DNA of 64,000 nucleotides from an uncultured Eubacteriales bacterium (GTDB lineage Bacteria; Bacillota; Clostridia; Oscillospirales; Acutalibacteraceae), in contig CAKSHI010000006.1 in assembly GCA_934457115.1 (NCBI GenBank), positions 23,556 through 87,555 on the forward strand, read 5' to 3'. A program made the translations under genes and the position numbers. How positions within the stretch are numbered: position 1 is the first letter of the stretch; each line of letters starts with the position of its first letter. The notes beneath the pieces were generated by a model, which ran no database searches, had not been told where the DNA came from, and saw only the letters and a program-made list of their open reading frames with translations. Shown piece by piece: positions 10,667 to 21,775 of the stretch.

Positions 10667-11341
10667 ATGAAAGATTTAGAAGATAAGTTAAATTATCATT
10701 TTAAGAATCGCAAGTACTTACAAAATGCACTTACTCATTCTTCATATGCAAACGAGAGAAGGAATCATATAAAAAGCAATGAAAGGCTGGAGTTTTTGGG
10801 TGACTCTGTTTTAAGTATAATTGTATCGGATTATATATATAGACATTGTCCGAATTTTCCCGAGGGTGACCTTACAAAGTTAAGATCTTCTTTGGTTTGT
10901 GAACAAACCCTTTGTCGTTTTTCAAGGTCATTGGGAGTAGGGGATCATTTGCTTTTAAGTAAGGGTGAACATCATTCAAGGGGAAACGAAAGACCTTCGA
11001 TTTTGGCTGATGCATTTGAGGCAATTATAGCTGCTATATATCTTGATGGAGGAATGGCTGCGGCCAAGGATTTTGTATTAAGTTTTGTTATTCCTGAGAT
11101 TCAAAGCCCTAAACCAAAGCTATTTAAAGACCATAAGACATTTCTTCAAGAAATTGTTCAAAAAAATCACGAGGAATCACTTAAATATGTGCTTGTATCA
11201 GAAACCGGACCAGATCATGATAAACATTTTGTTATGGAAGTACACCTTAACAGCAATGTTTTAGGCAAGGGCGGCGGAAGAAGCAAGAAAGAAGCAGAAC
11301 AAAATGCAGCAAAACAGGCTTTGGAGATGATGGGATATTGA
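10667..11341 (+). CDS. rnc: Ribonuclease III
   Basis: NERLEFLGDSVL signature, C-terminal dsRBD (GGGRSKKEAEQNAAKQAL). Confidence 0.95.
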   Translation: MKDLEDKLNYHFKNRKYLQNALTHSSYANERRNHIKSNERLEFLGDSVLSIIVSDYIYRHCPNFPEGDLTKLRSSLVCEQTLCRFSRSLGVGDHLLLSKGEHHSRGNERPSILADAFEAIIAAIYLDGGMAAAKDFVLSFVIPEIQSPKPKLFKDHKTFLQEIVQKNHEESLKYVLVSETGPDHDKHFVMEVHLNSNVLGKGGGRSKKEAEQNAAKQALEMMGY

Positions 11342-12345
11342 GGCATGCTAATGTAGCTATGTTTATACCTCATAATGGTTGTCCAAATCAATGCAGCTTT
11401 TGTGACCAACGATACATTACGGGTTCAAAAAATCAGGTTTCGCCAAACCAAGTATATGATGTTTTGCTTGATGCTAAAAACAATTTAGGCGGAAAAGATA
11501 TTGAGTCTGAAATAGCCTTTTTTGGCGGAAGTTTCACTGCTATAGACAAAGAGTATATGATGAGCCTTTTAGACACTGCATATGAATTTGTAAAGGATGG
11601 ATGTTTCAAGGGTATAAGGATATCGACGAGACCTGATGCTATAGATGAAGAAATTCTTAATATTTTAAAGGAAAGAGGAGTTTCATCTATAGAATTGGGC
11701 GCTCAAAGTATGGACGATGAGGTTTTGAAAGTGAACCGTAGAGGTCATAGCAGCCTTGATGTAATAAAGTCTTCCGAGTTAATTAAAAAATATGGCTTTT
11801 CCTTGGGACTTCAAATGATGACAGGCCTTTATAAAAGCAATATATTGAAGGATATAGAAACAGCAGAGAAATTTATAAACATAAGGCCTGAGACTGTCAG
11901 GATTTATCCTACGATTATAATGAAGAATACTCTTCTTGCAGATCTTTATTATAAGGGCGAATATGCTACATATTCTTTGGAGGATACAATCGGTCTTTGC
12001 TCAAAACTTTTACGTATGTTTGAAAAAGAAAATATAGAAGTAATAAGGCTTGGCCTTCACGACACTGAAAGTATGAAAGAAAATATGGTTTCAGGGCCGT
12101 GGCATCCTGCTTTAAGCGAACTTTGTCAAAGTTATAATTTTTATAAGGACATTGTTTCGTTTATAGAGGAAAATAATATATCGTATAAAAATATAGATAT
12201 ATTTGTTAATCCAAGCTGTATTTCAAAGTTTATAGGTCAAAAACGTGAAAATATAAAGAAATTTAAAAATATCGGCTTAGTTGTTAAGGTTAAGCCCGAT
12301 AAAAGTATAAAAGTAAACGATTTTAGGATTGAAAAGGGTAGGTGA
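11338..12345 (+). CDS. Radical SAM protein (ELP3/histone-acetyltransferase-like family commonly found between rnc and smc)
   Basis: CPNQCSFC (CxxxCxxC) near the N-terminus, 335 aa. The TTG start overlaps the rnc stop. An ATG at 11359 is an alternative. Confidence 0.8.
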   Translation: MRHANVAMFIPHNGCPNQCSFCDQRYITGSKNQVSPNQVYDVLLDAKNNLGGKDIESEIAFFGGSFTAIDKEYMMSLLDTAYEFVKDGCFKGIRISTRPDAIDEEILNILKERGVSSIELGAQSMDDEVLKVNRRGHSSLDVIKSSELIKKYGFSLGLQMMTGLYKSNILKDIETAEKFINIRPETVRIYPTIIMKNTLLADLYYKGEYATYSLEDTIGLCSKLLRMFEKENIEVIRLGLHDTESMKENMVSGPWHPALSELCQSYNFYKDIVSFIEENNISYKNIDIFVNPSCISKFIGQKRENIKKFKNIGLVVKVKPDKSIKVNDFRIEKGR

Positions 12346-12349
12346 AACA

Positions 12350-15300
12350 GTGCTACTTAAATCACTTGAACTTCATGGATTTAAAACATTTCCGGATAAA
12401 ACCAAGCTTTCATTTAATGAAGGAATAACTGCTGTAGTAGGTCCAAACGGAAGCGGTAAGAGTAATATAAGTGACGCCATAAGGTGGGTTCTTGGGGAGC
12501 AATCTGTTAAAGCACTTCGTTGTTCTAAGATGGAAGACGTAATATTTGGCGGGACCCCTACGAGGAAGTCTCAAGGATTTTCAGAGGTTACTCTTACTAT
12601 AGATAATAAAAGCAGAAGACTGCCTTTTGATAATGATGATGTCGCTATTTCAAGGAGATATTATAGATCAGGTGAGAGTGAGTATCTAATAAACAAGGCT
12701 GTGGTAAGGCTTAAAGATATTAATGAGCTGTTTATGGATACAGGGCTTGGTAAAGACGGATACTCTATGATTAGTCAAGGTAAGATAGACAGCATCGTTT
12801 CTTCCAGGTCTGAGGACAGGCGTGAAATATTTGAAGAAGCAGCAGGAATATCAAGGTTTAAATATAGAAAGCTCGAGGCTCAAAAAAAGCTTGCACAGGC
12901 CGAAGAAAACCTTTTAAGATTAAAAGATATTTTAAAGGAACTTGAAGAACGAGTGGGTCCCTTAAAAGAGCAAGCATCTAAGGCGAAAGAATATATAGAC
13001 CTTGCAAATGAGAAACGTTCTTTAGAAATAGGTATATGGTTAGATGTACTCAATAAATCAGGTGCGATATTAAATGATCATCAGGCGAAAATAGCCGTTG
13101 CATCGGGTCAGCACCAAGAAATCGAAGACGACATAGAAAAAATCCAAAAAGAAACGGAAGAAATATTCTTAAAGTCAAACTCCATTTCTGCAATTATTGA
13201 AGAGTCGAGAAAACAAATCTCAATTTTAGAAGAGCAGGCAAATCAAAAGATATCAAAGGCCTCAGTACTTGAAAATGATATACTCCATAATGATGAAAAT
13301 ATCAAAAGAATAGAAAATGAAATTTGCGAAATAAGAGATTCGTTTGAAAATATAGATAGTAAAATACTAGAGAGAAAAGAACGCATAGATAAAACGAATT
13401 CATTTATAAATGAAAAACAATCATCTTTAGAAGAAGCTAATATTAGGTACCAAAACTTAAAAAGCAATCTTGAGGAATTTTCCAGTAACTTGGATAGCCT
13501 TTCAAAGGAACTTTCGGATTTAAAGCTTAGTGCTTCCAATAAAAAGGTAAGTATTCTAACTTTGGAGTCTTCTATAGAAGACTTGAAATTAAGATATTCT
13601 AGATTTGACACAGTTGTGGACGATTATAAGACAAGGATATCAAAACTTGAAAAGGCTCTTTTAGACTATAATGAAATGGCTAATGAATCTAAAAGTAAAA
13701 TTGATTACATAGAAAACTCTATTAAGGGTTATGAAATTAAGCTTAGCAACAAAAAACAAAAGTCAACTGAACTTAAAAAGGAATCTGACAAGCTGTCATT
13801 AGATGCAGAGAGTAAAATTAGGAGAATACGTATTTTAGAGGACCTTGAAAGGAACTTAGAGGGTTTTGCGCAAAGTGTTAAGTCTGTGATGAAAGAAGCA
13901 AAAAACGGTGCAATTAGCGGCGTACATGGCCCAATATCTAAGATTATAAAGGTTGAGTCTAAGTTTTCTATAGCTCTCGAAATAGCTTTGGGAGCTTCTA
14001 TGCAAAATATAGTAGTGGAGACGGAAGCTGATGCTAAAAATGCCATTGCAGTTTTAAAACGAAAAAATCTAGGTAGGGCAACATTTCTTCCAATATCAAC
14101 TATAAAGGGAAAATTTATTGATAAAAAAGATTTTGAAAATCTAGATGGATATGTAGGAATAGCATATGAGCTTTGCAGTTATGATAAGCAGTATGATGAG
14201 ATAGTAAAATCTTTGCTTGGAAGGATAATAGTTGCCGAGAATCTAAATTGTGCGACCGAAATTGCCAAAAGGTTTAATTATCGATTTAAAGTAGTTACAT
14301 TAGACGGCCAAGTTGTAAATGCAGGGGGTTCATTAACCGGAGGTTCGATGTCTAAAAATGCCGGTATTTTAAGCCGCACATCTGAAATTGAAAGGCTTAA
14401 AACAGAGGCAGAAGATCTAAAACAAAGGGCAAATAAGTCATATATGGCTTATAAGGAAACTGAAGCAGCTATATATAATTTAGAGTCCATTATTTTAGGA
14501 AGCAAAGGAGATCTATCAAGAGCCAAAGAGGACCACATAAGGATATTGGCAGAGTGTAGAAACGTGAACTCTGAAAAGGAGAGCGTTAGTAAGCTGCTTT
14601 TGAATAATGAAAATGAGAAAACTGAAACCTTTGAAAAAATAGAACAGTCTAAGTGTTCATTTCAAAGGGCTAAGGATGATTATAGGATTTATTTAACCAA
14701 GATAGATGAAGTCGAAGAAAAGATATCAGGTATATCCGGTGATAAAGACAGCATAAGTAAAGATCGTGAAGAGCTTATAGAACAAATACAACAATTGAAA
14801 CTTGCTATACTTACAGCTCAAAAAGATAATGAGGCCTTAAATTATGAAATAAGATCTATGGAGGACTCTAAACTTCATCAAAATCAAAGAATAAATTCGC
14901 TTGAAAATCAGATAACATACTTTAAAAACAAAAGCAAAAAAATTGTAAGTGATATTGCCACTTTAAACAAAGAATCTCAAGAGTTAAAGAAAATGGCAAA
15001 GGCAGAAAATAAAAAAATCACTGATAATGCCTCAAAAAAAATAGGTTTCGAGAAACGCTCGGCTGAGCTTAGACAAGTCGAAAGAGATAGGTCCTTAGAC
15101 AAAGAGAAGATTTCTAAAGAACTTGCAAGGCTTGAGGAACAAAAAAGCGGTATTCAAAAGGAATATGACGCTATTATAGCAAAGCTTTGGGAAGAATATG
15201 AACTTACAAGAAGAGAAGCTGAGGAAACCGTAAAAAGAATAAGTGATATTCATGAGGCAAAGAGAATTTTAAATGAAATAAAGTTAAAGATTAAAAAATT

Positions 15301-15934
15301 AGGCTCTATAAATATTGCTGCAATAGAAGAATATAAAGAAGTATCGTCAAGATATGAATTTATGAAGGAGCAAATTGATGATATTGAAAAATCGAAGACG
15401 GAGCTTACCAAGCTTACATTAGATCTTACAAAACAAATGAGAGAGCTTTTTGAAGAACGCTTTAAAGAAATTAATACTAATTTCATGTCGACATTTAAAG
15501 AGTTGTTTGGTGGAGGAAGGGCGGAGCTTATGTTAACCGACCCTTCTGACGTCTTGAGCTCCGGCATAGAAATAAGCGTAGAACCTCCGGGAAAAATAGT
15601 AGCACACTTGGAGGCACTTTCAGGCGGAGAAAAAGCATTAGTTGCTATTGCTCTATACTTTGCTATAATGAAAGTAAGTCCTGCACCGTTTTGTGTACTT
15701 GATGAAATCGAAGCGGCACTTGACGATGTAAATGTCTATAGATATGCTGCATATTTAAGAAAAATGAATGCAAATACTCAGTTTATTGTTATAACTCATA
15801 GAAGAGGTACAATGGAGGAAGCAGATGTCCTATATGGCGTTACAATGCAGGATGAGGGAGTTTCAAGGTTGTTGGAGCTTAAGGTATCCGAACTGGAACA
15901 AAACCGCGAGTTAAATAATATAAATAAGGGGTGA
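12350..15934 (+). CDS. smc: Chromosome segregation protein SMC
   Basis: LKSLELHGFKTFPDKTKLSFNEGITAVVGPNGSGKSNI (Walker A), long coiled coils, hinge, LSGGEKAL...LDEIEAALD. The GTG at 12350 is preferred over the track start at 12329, because it lies after the upstream stop at 12343-12345. Confidence 0.93.
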   Translation: MLLKSLELHGFKTFPDKTKLSFNEGITAVVGPNGSGKSNISDAIRWVLGEQSVKALRCSKMEDVIFGGTPTRKSQGFSEVTLTIDNKSRRLPFDNDDVAISRRYYRSGESEYLINKAVVRLKDINELFMDTGLGKDGYSMISQGKIDSIVSSRSEDRREIFEEAAGISRFKYRKLEAQKKLAQAEENLLRLKDILKELEERVGPLKEQASKAKEYIDLANEKRSLEIGIWLDVLNKSGAILNDHQAKIAVASGQHQEIEDDIEKIQKETEEIFLKSNSISAIIEESRKQISILEEQANQKISKASVLENDILHNDENIKRIENEICEIRDSFENIDSKILERKERIDKTNSFINEKQSSLEEANIRYQNLKSNLEEFSSNLDSLSKELSDLKLSASNKKVSILTLESSIEDLKLRYSRFDTVVDDYKTRISKLEKALLDYNEMANESKSKIDYIENSIKGYEIKLSNKKQKSTELKKESDKLSLDAESKIRRIRILEDLERNLEGFAQSVKSVMKEAKNGAISGVHGPISKIIKVESKFSIALEIALGASMQNIVVETEADAKNAIAVLKRKNLGRATFLPISTIKGKFIDKKDFENLDGYVGIAYELCSYDKQYDEIVKSLLGRIIVAENLNCATEIAKRFNYRFKVVTLDGQVVNAGGSLTGGSMSKNAGILSRTSEIERLKTEAEDLKQRANKSYMAYKETEAAIYNLESIILGSKGDLSRAKEDHIRILAECRNVNSEKESVSKLLLNNENEKTETFEKIEQSKCSFQRAKDDYRIYLTKIDEVEEKISGISGDKDSISKDREELIEQIQQLKLAILTAQKDNEALNYEIRSMEDSKLHQNQRINSLENQITYFKNKSKKIVSDIATLNKESQELKKMAKAENKKITDNASKKIGFEKRSAELRQVERDRSLDKEKISKELARLEEQKSGIQKEYDAIIAKLWEEYELTRREAEETVKRISDIHEAKRILNEIKLKIKKLGSINIAAIEEYKEVSSRYEFMKEQIDDIEKSKTELTKLTLDLTKQMRELFEERFKEINTNFMSTFKELFGGGRAELMLTDPSDVLSSGIEISVEPPGKIVAHLEALSGGEKALVAIALYFAIMKVSPAPFCVLDEIEAALDDVNVYRYAAYLRKMNANTQFIVITHRRGTMEEADVLYGVTMQDEGVSRLLELKVSELEQNRELNNINKG

Positions 15935-15940
15935 ATTATT

Positions 15941-16861
15941 ATGGGACTTTTTAGTAAAATAAAGAATGGATTAAAGAAAACAAGATCCGGGGTTTTTGGG
16001 CAAATAAATTCGATGATTAAGACTTTTAGCAAAATCGATGAAGAACTTTTCGAAGAGTTGGAAGAAATATTAATCATGGGTGATGTGGGGATTAAGACCT
16101 CATCCCATATTTGCGAAAAATTAAGGGAAAAAGTAAAGAAAGAAAAAGTTAAGGATCCGCAGGAAATAAATAGGCTTCTTTTAGAAATAATTTCTGAAAT
16201 GTTGAGTGGAGGTCAGGAATTAAATATAGAAACAAAACCCTCCATAATATTGGTTATAGGTGTTAATGGTGTAGGAAAAACCACAACAATAGGTAAACTT
16301 GCATCTAAATTAAAAAAAGACGGAAAAAAGGTAATCTTAGGTGCTGCAGATACTTTTCGTGCTGCGGCGATAGATCAGCTTCAAGTTTGGGCGGATCGAT
16401 CTAAGGTGGATATAATAAAGCAATCTGAGGGTTCTGACCCGGCGGCGGTAGTGTTTGATTCTATTTCAGCGGCTAAAGCGAGAAATGCCGATGTAATTAT
16501 TTGCGATACGGCAGGAAGATTGCATAATAAGAAAAACCTTATGGCGGAGCTTAATAAAATCAATAGAATAATAGATAGAGAATTGCCGGATGCATCTAAG
16601 GAAATTTTACTTGTTGTCGATGCGACCACAGGGCAAAATGCGATAAATCAAGCTAAAGAATTTAAGGATGCTGCAGGAATTACGGGCATAGTACTTACAA
16701 AACTTGACGGTACTGCAAAGGGCGGAGTTGTTTTGGCGATTAAAGATGAACTAGGACTTCCGGTCAAATTTGTTGGGGTTGGAGAACAAATAGATGATTT
16801 ACAGGAGTTTGTCCCCGATGAGTTTGCAAAGGCTCTATTTTCTAAGGAGGATGAAGAATGA
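15941..16861 (+). CDS. ftsY: Signal recognition particle receptor FtsY
   Basis: [32 protein letters not shown]. Confidence 0.95.
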   Translation: MGLFSKIKNGLKKTRSGVFGQINSMIKTFSKIDEELFEELEEILIMGDVGIKTSSHICEKLREKVKKEKVKDPQEINRLLLEIISEMLSGGQELNIETKPSIILVIGVNGVGKTTTIGKLASKLKKDGKKVILGAADTFRAAAIDQLQVWADRSKVDIIKQSEGSDPAAVVFDSISAAKARNADVIICDTAGRLHNKKNLMAELNKINRIIDRELPDASKEILLVVDATTGQNAINQAKEFKDAAGITGIVLTKLDGTAKGGVVLAIKDELGLPVKFVGVGEQIDDLQEFVPDEFAKALFSKEDEE

Positions 16862-17469
16862 CTTTTATAATAGCAACAAATAATGAACATAAGCTTTTCG
16901 AGTTAAAGAAGATTTTAATTCCTTTAGGAATAGATGCACTTTCGGCCAAAGAAGCAAATGTAAATCTTTTAGATGTAGAAGAAACCGGGACGACATTCGA
17001 GGAAAATGCAAAGCTTAAGGCGGAAGCAGCATTTAAGCTTACGGGTATGCCGTCTATTGCGGATGATTCCGGGCTTGAGGTAGACGCTTTAAACGGGGAA
17101 CCCGGAATTTATTCATCAAGATATTCAGGCAAGGATGCAACTGATCAAAGGAATATTGACAAGCTTTTAGAAAAGCTTAAGGATGTACCTGATGAGAAGA
17201 GAACAGCAAGGTTTGTATGCACTATTTGTTGTATACTTCCAAGCAAAGAATACATTTTTGTCAGAGGAACTGTTGAGGGCAAGATAGCTTTTTCTAAAAA
17301 GGGAGAGTCCGGGTTTGGATATGACCCGATTTTTATAACTGAGAGCGGGAAGTCTTTTGCGGAACTTTCACCGGAAGAAAAAAATAGTATAAGCCATAGA
17401 GGCAATGCCCTAAGGATACTATCGCAAAAATTAAAAGATAAATTAAAGAAAGACAATGAGGAAATTTAA
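16858..17469 (+). CDS. rdgB: dITP/XTP pyrophosphatase (RdgB/HAM1 family)
   Basis: [17 protein letters not shown]...[22 protein letters not shown]...FGYDPIF. Confidence 0.9.
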   Translation: MTFIIATNNEHKLFELKKILIPLGIDALSAKEANVNLLDVEETGTTFEENAKLKAEAAFKLTGMPSIADDSGLEVDALNGEPGIYSSRYSGKDATDQRNIDKLLEKLKDVPDEKRTARFVCTICCILPSKEYIFVRGTVEGKIAFSKKGESGFGYDPIFITESGKSFAELSPEEKNSISHRGNALRILSQKLKDKLKKDNEEI

Positions 17470-17771
17470 TGTTAAACAGTAAACAAAGAGCATTTTTAAA
17501 ATCTCTTGCAAGCAATATAGATACAATACTTATGGTTGGAAAAGGCGGGATCAGCAGTGAGTTAATAAAACAAGCTGATGATGCACTAAGAAAAAGAGAA
17601 TTAATAAAGGGAAAAGTACTTGAAACAGCAGAGGATAGTCCTATGGATATAGCATTAGAAATAGCTAAGAACACCAATTCAGAGGTAGTGCAGGTTATAG
17701 GTTCTAAATTTGTTTTATTTAGGATAAACCCTAAAGAACCTAAAATAGAGCTACCCAAGAAGAGAAGATAG
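17469..17771 (+). CDS. yhbY: YhbY/CRS1-type RNA-binding ribosome assembly protein
   Basis: LNSKQRAFLKSLASNIDTILMVGKGGISSELIKQADDALRKRELIKGKV, 100 aa. Confidence 0.85.
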   Translation: MLNSKQRAFLKSLASNIDTILMVGKGGISSELIKQADDALRKRELIKGKVLETAEDSPMDIALEIAKNTNSEVVQVIGSKFVLFRINPKEPKIELPKKRR

Positions 17772-17782
17772 GAAAGACATCG

Positions 17783-18382
17783 ATGCAAAAGATTGCAATG
17801 TTTGGCGGGACATTTAATCCTATCCATAAAGGACATATCCAAACGGCGCTCTACTTCAAGGATAAGCTTTCTCTTGATAAGGTTATATTTATACCAACGT
17901 CTATTCCACCCCATAAGGAATTTAAAAGTGACGTCCCTGCGTATGTTAGATACGATATGTGTAAGATGGTCACCGATAAATATAGTTTTTTTGATACTTT
18001 GGATATAGAAATAAAACGTAAGGGCAAAAGCTACACGATAGACACTCTAAAAGAACTTAAGGATATATATGATGTACCAAAGTTTTATGTTATTATGGGT
18101 GCAGATATGTTCTTAACCATTGAAGAGTGGAAGGACTATGAGGAAATTTTTAAGCTTTCTATTATTTGTGCTGTCCCTAGAAATCATGACAGTTATGATA
18201 AAATTTTAAAGCAAAAGGAGAAGCTTTCAAACAAAGTCTCGTGTGTAGTGGGAGATATGCCACTTGTCAATATATCTTCTTCTAAAATAAGAGAAATGAT
18301 ATCAAATAAAGAAAGTATAAAAGGCTTGGTTCCAACAGAGGTAGAGGAATATATATATCAAAACAATTTGTATTGTGAGTGA
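17783..18382 (+). CDS. nadD: Nicotinate-nucleotide adenylyltransferase
   Basis: GGTFNPIHKGH motif, ISSSKIR near the C-terminus. Confidence 0.92.
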   Translation: MQKIAMFGGTFNPIHKGHIQTALYFKDKLSLDKVIFIPTSIPPHKEFKSDVPAYVRYDMCKMVTDKYSFFDTLDIEIKRKGKSYTIDTLKELKDIYDVPKFYVIMGADMFLTIEEWKDYEEIFKLSIICAVPRNHDSYDKILKQKEKLSNKVSCVVGDMPLVNISSSKIREMISNKESIKGLVPTEVEEYIYQNNLYCE

Positions 18383-18963
18383 AAAATATGACTATAGATA
18401 ATTATAAAAAAATAATGCGTGAAAGACTCTCAGAAAAACGATTTTTACACTGCCTAAATGTTTCTAAGGAAGCTGTCTTTTTGGCAAAAAAGTATGGTGC
18501 TGATGAAAAAAAAGCGGAGCTTGCGGGTCTTTTACATGATATAATGAAGGAAGAAGAGACTAATCGTCAATTTGAAATATTTGATAAATATGGCGTTGAA
18601 CTTAATGATATAGAAAAGATTACTCCAAAATTATGGCATGCCATGTCCGGGGCGTATTATATAAAAAATGTGCTAAAGATAGATGATGGCGATATTTTTA
18701 ATGCAGTTAGGTATCATACTACGGGAAGAAAAAATATGTCACTTTTAGAAAAGATAATATTTGTGGCGGACTTTACTTCCTTTGAGAGGGATTATGATGG
18801 TGTTGAAGAGATAAGAAAAGTTGCATATAAGGACTTGGATTTAGGGGTAATCGAAGGCTTAGCCTTTTCGTTAAAATCGTTGGCTTTAGATAAAAAAGCT
18901 ATCCATAATGATACGATAGAGGGCTATAACTATATGATACTAAAACAAAAGGAGAATGTTTAA
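18379..18963 (+). CDS. yqeK: HD-domain protein YqeK (bis(5'-nucleosyl)-tetraphosphatase type)
   Basis: RFLHCLNVSKEA...LLHDIMKE (HD motif). Conserved nadD-yqeK-rsfS order. Confidence 0.85.
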   Translation: MKNMTIDNYKKIMRERLSEKRFLHCLNVSKEAVFLAKKYGADEKKAELAGLLHDIMKEEETNRQFEIFDKYGVELNDIEKITPKLWHAMSGAYYIKNVLKIDDGDIFNAVRYHTTGRKNMSLLEKIIFVADFTSFERDYDGVEEIRKVAYKDLDLGVIEGLAFSLKSLALDKKAIHNDTIEGYNYMILKQKENV

Positions 18964-19307
18964 TGACAATATTAGAACTTGCTAAGGAAGCTGCTAAAAT
19001 ATTAGACAATAAAAAAGGAATAGAAGTAAAAGTAATAGATATAGAAGATGTAAGCTCTTTGGCGGATTATATGGTATTGGCAACGGGTACAAGCAGTACT
19101 CATGTAAAGGCTCTTGCAGATGAGGTTGAATTTGAGCTTAAACAAATAGGAATCACTCCCCATAATATAGAGGGACATAGGTCTAACTCTTGGATATTAC
19201 TTGATTATAGAGATGTAATTGTGCATGTATTTTCTAAAGAAGCAAGAGAGTTTTACGATTTAGACAGGCTTTGGAAAGATGGCAAAGAAATAGAGTTATC
19301 TCATTAA
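18963..19307 (+). CDS. rsfS: Ribosome silencing factor RsfS
   Basis: 114 aa. DYMVLATGTSSTHVKALADEV...WILLDYRDVIVHVF...YDLDRLW. Confidence 0.9.
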   Translation: MTILELAKEAAKILDNKKGIEVKVIDIEDVSSLADYMVLATGTSSTHVKALADEVEFELKQIGITPHNIEGHRSNSWILLDYRDVIVHVFSKEAREFYDLDRLWKDGKEIELSH

Positions 19308-19325
19308 TTATTTGGAGGAATAAAC

Positions 19326-21734
19326 TTGAATTATAATCATAAAAATATAGAACCAAAGTGGCAGAAAATTTGGGAAGAAAAAAAGGCATTTAAAGCTTTC
19401 AATAAATCAACTAAACCTAAGTTTTATTCTCTTATAGAGTTTCCTTATCCGTCGGGTCAAGGGCTTCATGTAGGGCATCCAAGATCATACACGGCTCTTG
19501 ACATTATATCAAGGAAAAAGAGGCTTGAAGGCTATAATGTTCTTTATCCTATGGGTTGGGATGCTTTTGGTCTTCCTACTGAAAATTTTGCCATTAAAAA
19601 TCATATTCATCCTGAAATAGTTACCAAAAAAAATGTAGCAAGGTTTAAAAGCCAACTTAAATCTTTGGGATTATCCTTTGATTGGGATAGAGAAATTAAT
19701 ACAACTGACCCTAAGTACTATAAATGGACTCAATGGATATTTATACAACTATTTAAACATGGTCTTGCTTACAAAGATGAGGCAACCGTAAACTGGTGTA
19801 CTTCTTGTAAATGTGTACTCGCTAACGAGGAAGTTGTTAACGGGGTATGTGAAAGATGTTCAAGCGAGGTTGTAAGAAAGGTAAAGTCCCAATGGATGCT
19901 AAGGATAACAAAATATGCTCAAAGGCTTATAGATGACCTTGAATTAGTGGATTATCCTGATAGAGTAAAGGCTCAACAAAAAAATTGGATAGGCAGGTCT
20001 GAAGGGGCCGAGGTAAACTTTAAAACTACTGCAGGGGATACCCTAACAATATATACTACAAGGCCGGATACCCTTTTTGGTGCAACCTATATGGTTATTT
20101 CCCCTGAACATAAGTTGATAGAGACATGGAAGGACAAGCTTTCAAACTTTGATGAAGTAAAGGAATATCAATACCAAGCTTCTAAGAAGACAGACTTTGA
20201 AAGGACAGAGCTTTCTAAAGAAAAGACAGGTGTTAAGCTTGAGGGCGTTAGTGCTATCAATCCTGTAAACGGAAGGGAAATACCGATATTTATTTCGGAT
20301 TATGTATTGGTTTCATATGGTACCGGTGCTATTATGGCAGTTCCGGCTCACGATACAAGAGACTGGGAATTTGCAAAGAAGTTTAACTTACCTATAATAG
20401 AAGTAGTTGCCGGCGGAAATGTTCAAGATGAAGCATTTACTGACTGCTCACAAGGTACTATGGTAAATTCCGATTTTCTAGATGGACTTTGTGTAGAAGA
20501 TGCAAAGGCTAAAATCATTAAATATTTAGAAGATAATAAGTTAGGACATAAAAAGGTAAACTTTAAGTTGCGTGATTGGGTATTTTCACGTCAAAGGTAC
20601 TGGGGTGAGCCTATACCGATAGTTCACTGTGATAAGTGCGGTATGGTGCCCGTACCGGAATCCGAGTTACCTCTTACACTTCCTATGGTAGACTCATACG
20701 AACCCACTGAAAACGGTGAATCTCCTTTAGCAAATATTACAGACTGGGTAGAAACTACTTGTCCGGTTTGCGGAGGAAAGGCTAAGAGGGAAACTGACAC
20801 AATGCCTCAATGGGCTGGGTCATCTTGGTACTTCCTAAGATATATTGATCCTGATAATGACAAGGAATTAGCAAGCAAAGAGGCTATAGATTATTGGATG
20901 CCCGTCAATTGGTATAATGGTGGTATGGAACATACTACACTTCACTTGCTATATAGTAGGTTCTGGTATAAGTTCTTATATGATATAGGAGTAGTACCAA
21001 ATCCCGAACCATACGCTAAACGAACAAGTCATGGTATGATACTTGGTGAAAACGGGGAAAAAATGAGCAAATCAAGGGGAAATGTTGTAAACCCGGATGA
21101 AATAGTAGCTGAATACGGCGCAGATACCATGAGACTTTACGAGATGTTTATAGGCGATTTTGAAAAGTCGGCACCATGGAGCTCTTCAAGTATAAAGGGC
21201 TCTAGAAGATTTATAGAACGCTATTGGAATTTCCAAACGATGTTAAGTGATGAGGAAGGCATTAGAAGTAATTTAGAAGTTTCTTTCCATAAGACAATTA
21301 AAAAGGTCGGCGAAGACATAGAAAATCTAAAGTTTAATACTGCTATAGCAAGTTTGATGGCTCTTTTGAACGAAATATATGCAACAAGCAAAATAACAAA
21401 AAAAGAATTAAAAGTATTCACTATACTTTTAAATCCATTTGCACCCCATGTTACTGAAGAAGTATGGCAAAATATGAAGTTTAGCGATAATGCGCTTTAT
21501 ATGCAAAAGTGGCCGACTTATGATGAAGAAAAATGTGAGGACAAGGAAATAGAAATTGCTGTCCAAATCAATGGAAAGATTAAAACAAGGATAATGGTTA
21601 AGGCGGACATAGAGCAGCAAGAAGCCATTGAAATTGCAAAATCAAATGACAGCATAAAGCCTTTACTAGACGGCAAGAATATAATAAAAGAAATATATGT
21701 CAAAGGAAAATTAATAAATATCGTTGCAAAGTAA
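19326..21734 (+). CDS. leuS: Leucyl-tRNA synthetase
   Basis: [14 protein letters not shown] (HIGH), KMSKSRGN (KMSKS), 802 aa, TTG start. Confidence 0.96.
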   Translation: MNYNHKNIEPKWQKIWEEKKAFKAFNKSTKPKFYSLIEFPYPSGQGLHVGHPRSYTALDIISRKKRLEGYNVLYPMGWDAFGLPTENFAIKNHIHPEIVTKKNVARFKSQLKSLGLSFDWDREINTTDPKYYKWTQWIFIQLFKHGLAYKDEATVNWCTSCKCVLANEEVVNGVCERCSSEVVRKVKSQWMLRITKYAQRLIDDLELVDYPDRVKAQQKNWIGRSEGAEVNFKTTAGDTLTIYTTRPDTLFGATYMVISPEHKLIETWKDKLSNFDEVKEYQYQASKKTDFERTELSKEKTGVKLEGVSAINPVNGREIPIFISDYVLVSYGTGAIMAVPAHDTRDWEFAKKFNLPIIEVVAGGNVQDEAFTDCSQGTMVNSDFLDGLCVEDAKAKIIKYLEDNKLGHKKVNFKLRDWVFSRQRYWGEPIPIVHCDKCGMVPVPESELPLTLPMVDSYEPTENGESPLANITDWVETTCPVCGGKAKRETDTMPQWAGSSWYFLRYIDPDNDKELASKEAIDYWMPVNWYNGGMEHTTLHLLYSRFWYKFLYDIGVVPNPEPYAKRTSHGMILGENGEKMSKSRGNVVNPDEIVAEYGADTMRLYEMFIGDFEKSAPWSSSSIKGSRRFIERYWNFQTMLSDEEGIRSNLEVSFHKTIKKVGEDIENLKFNTAIASLMALLNEIYATSKITKKELKVFTILLNPFAPHVTEEVWQNMKFSDNALYMQKWPTYDEEKCEDKEIEIAVQINGKIKTRIMVKADIEQQEAIEIAKSNDSIKPLLDGKNIIKEIYVKGKLINIVAK

Positions 21735-21775
21735 ACTTTGAATTTTTAATATTAAAATATATGGGGGAACTTACA

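Noticed and set aside
17333-17914. 193-aa minus-strand ORF spanning the rdgB/yhbY/nadD junctions.
   Set aside because: It is antisense to three well-supported, translationally coupled + strand genes. It has no SD and its composition is low-complexity.
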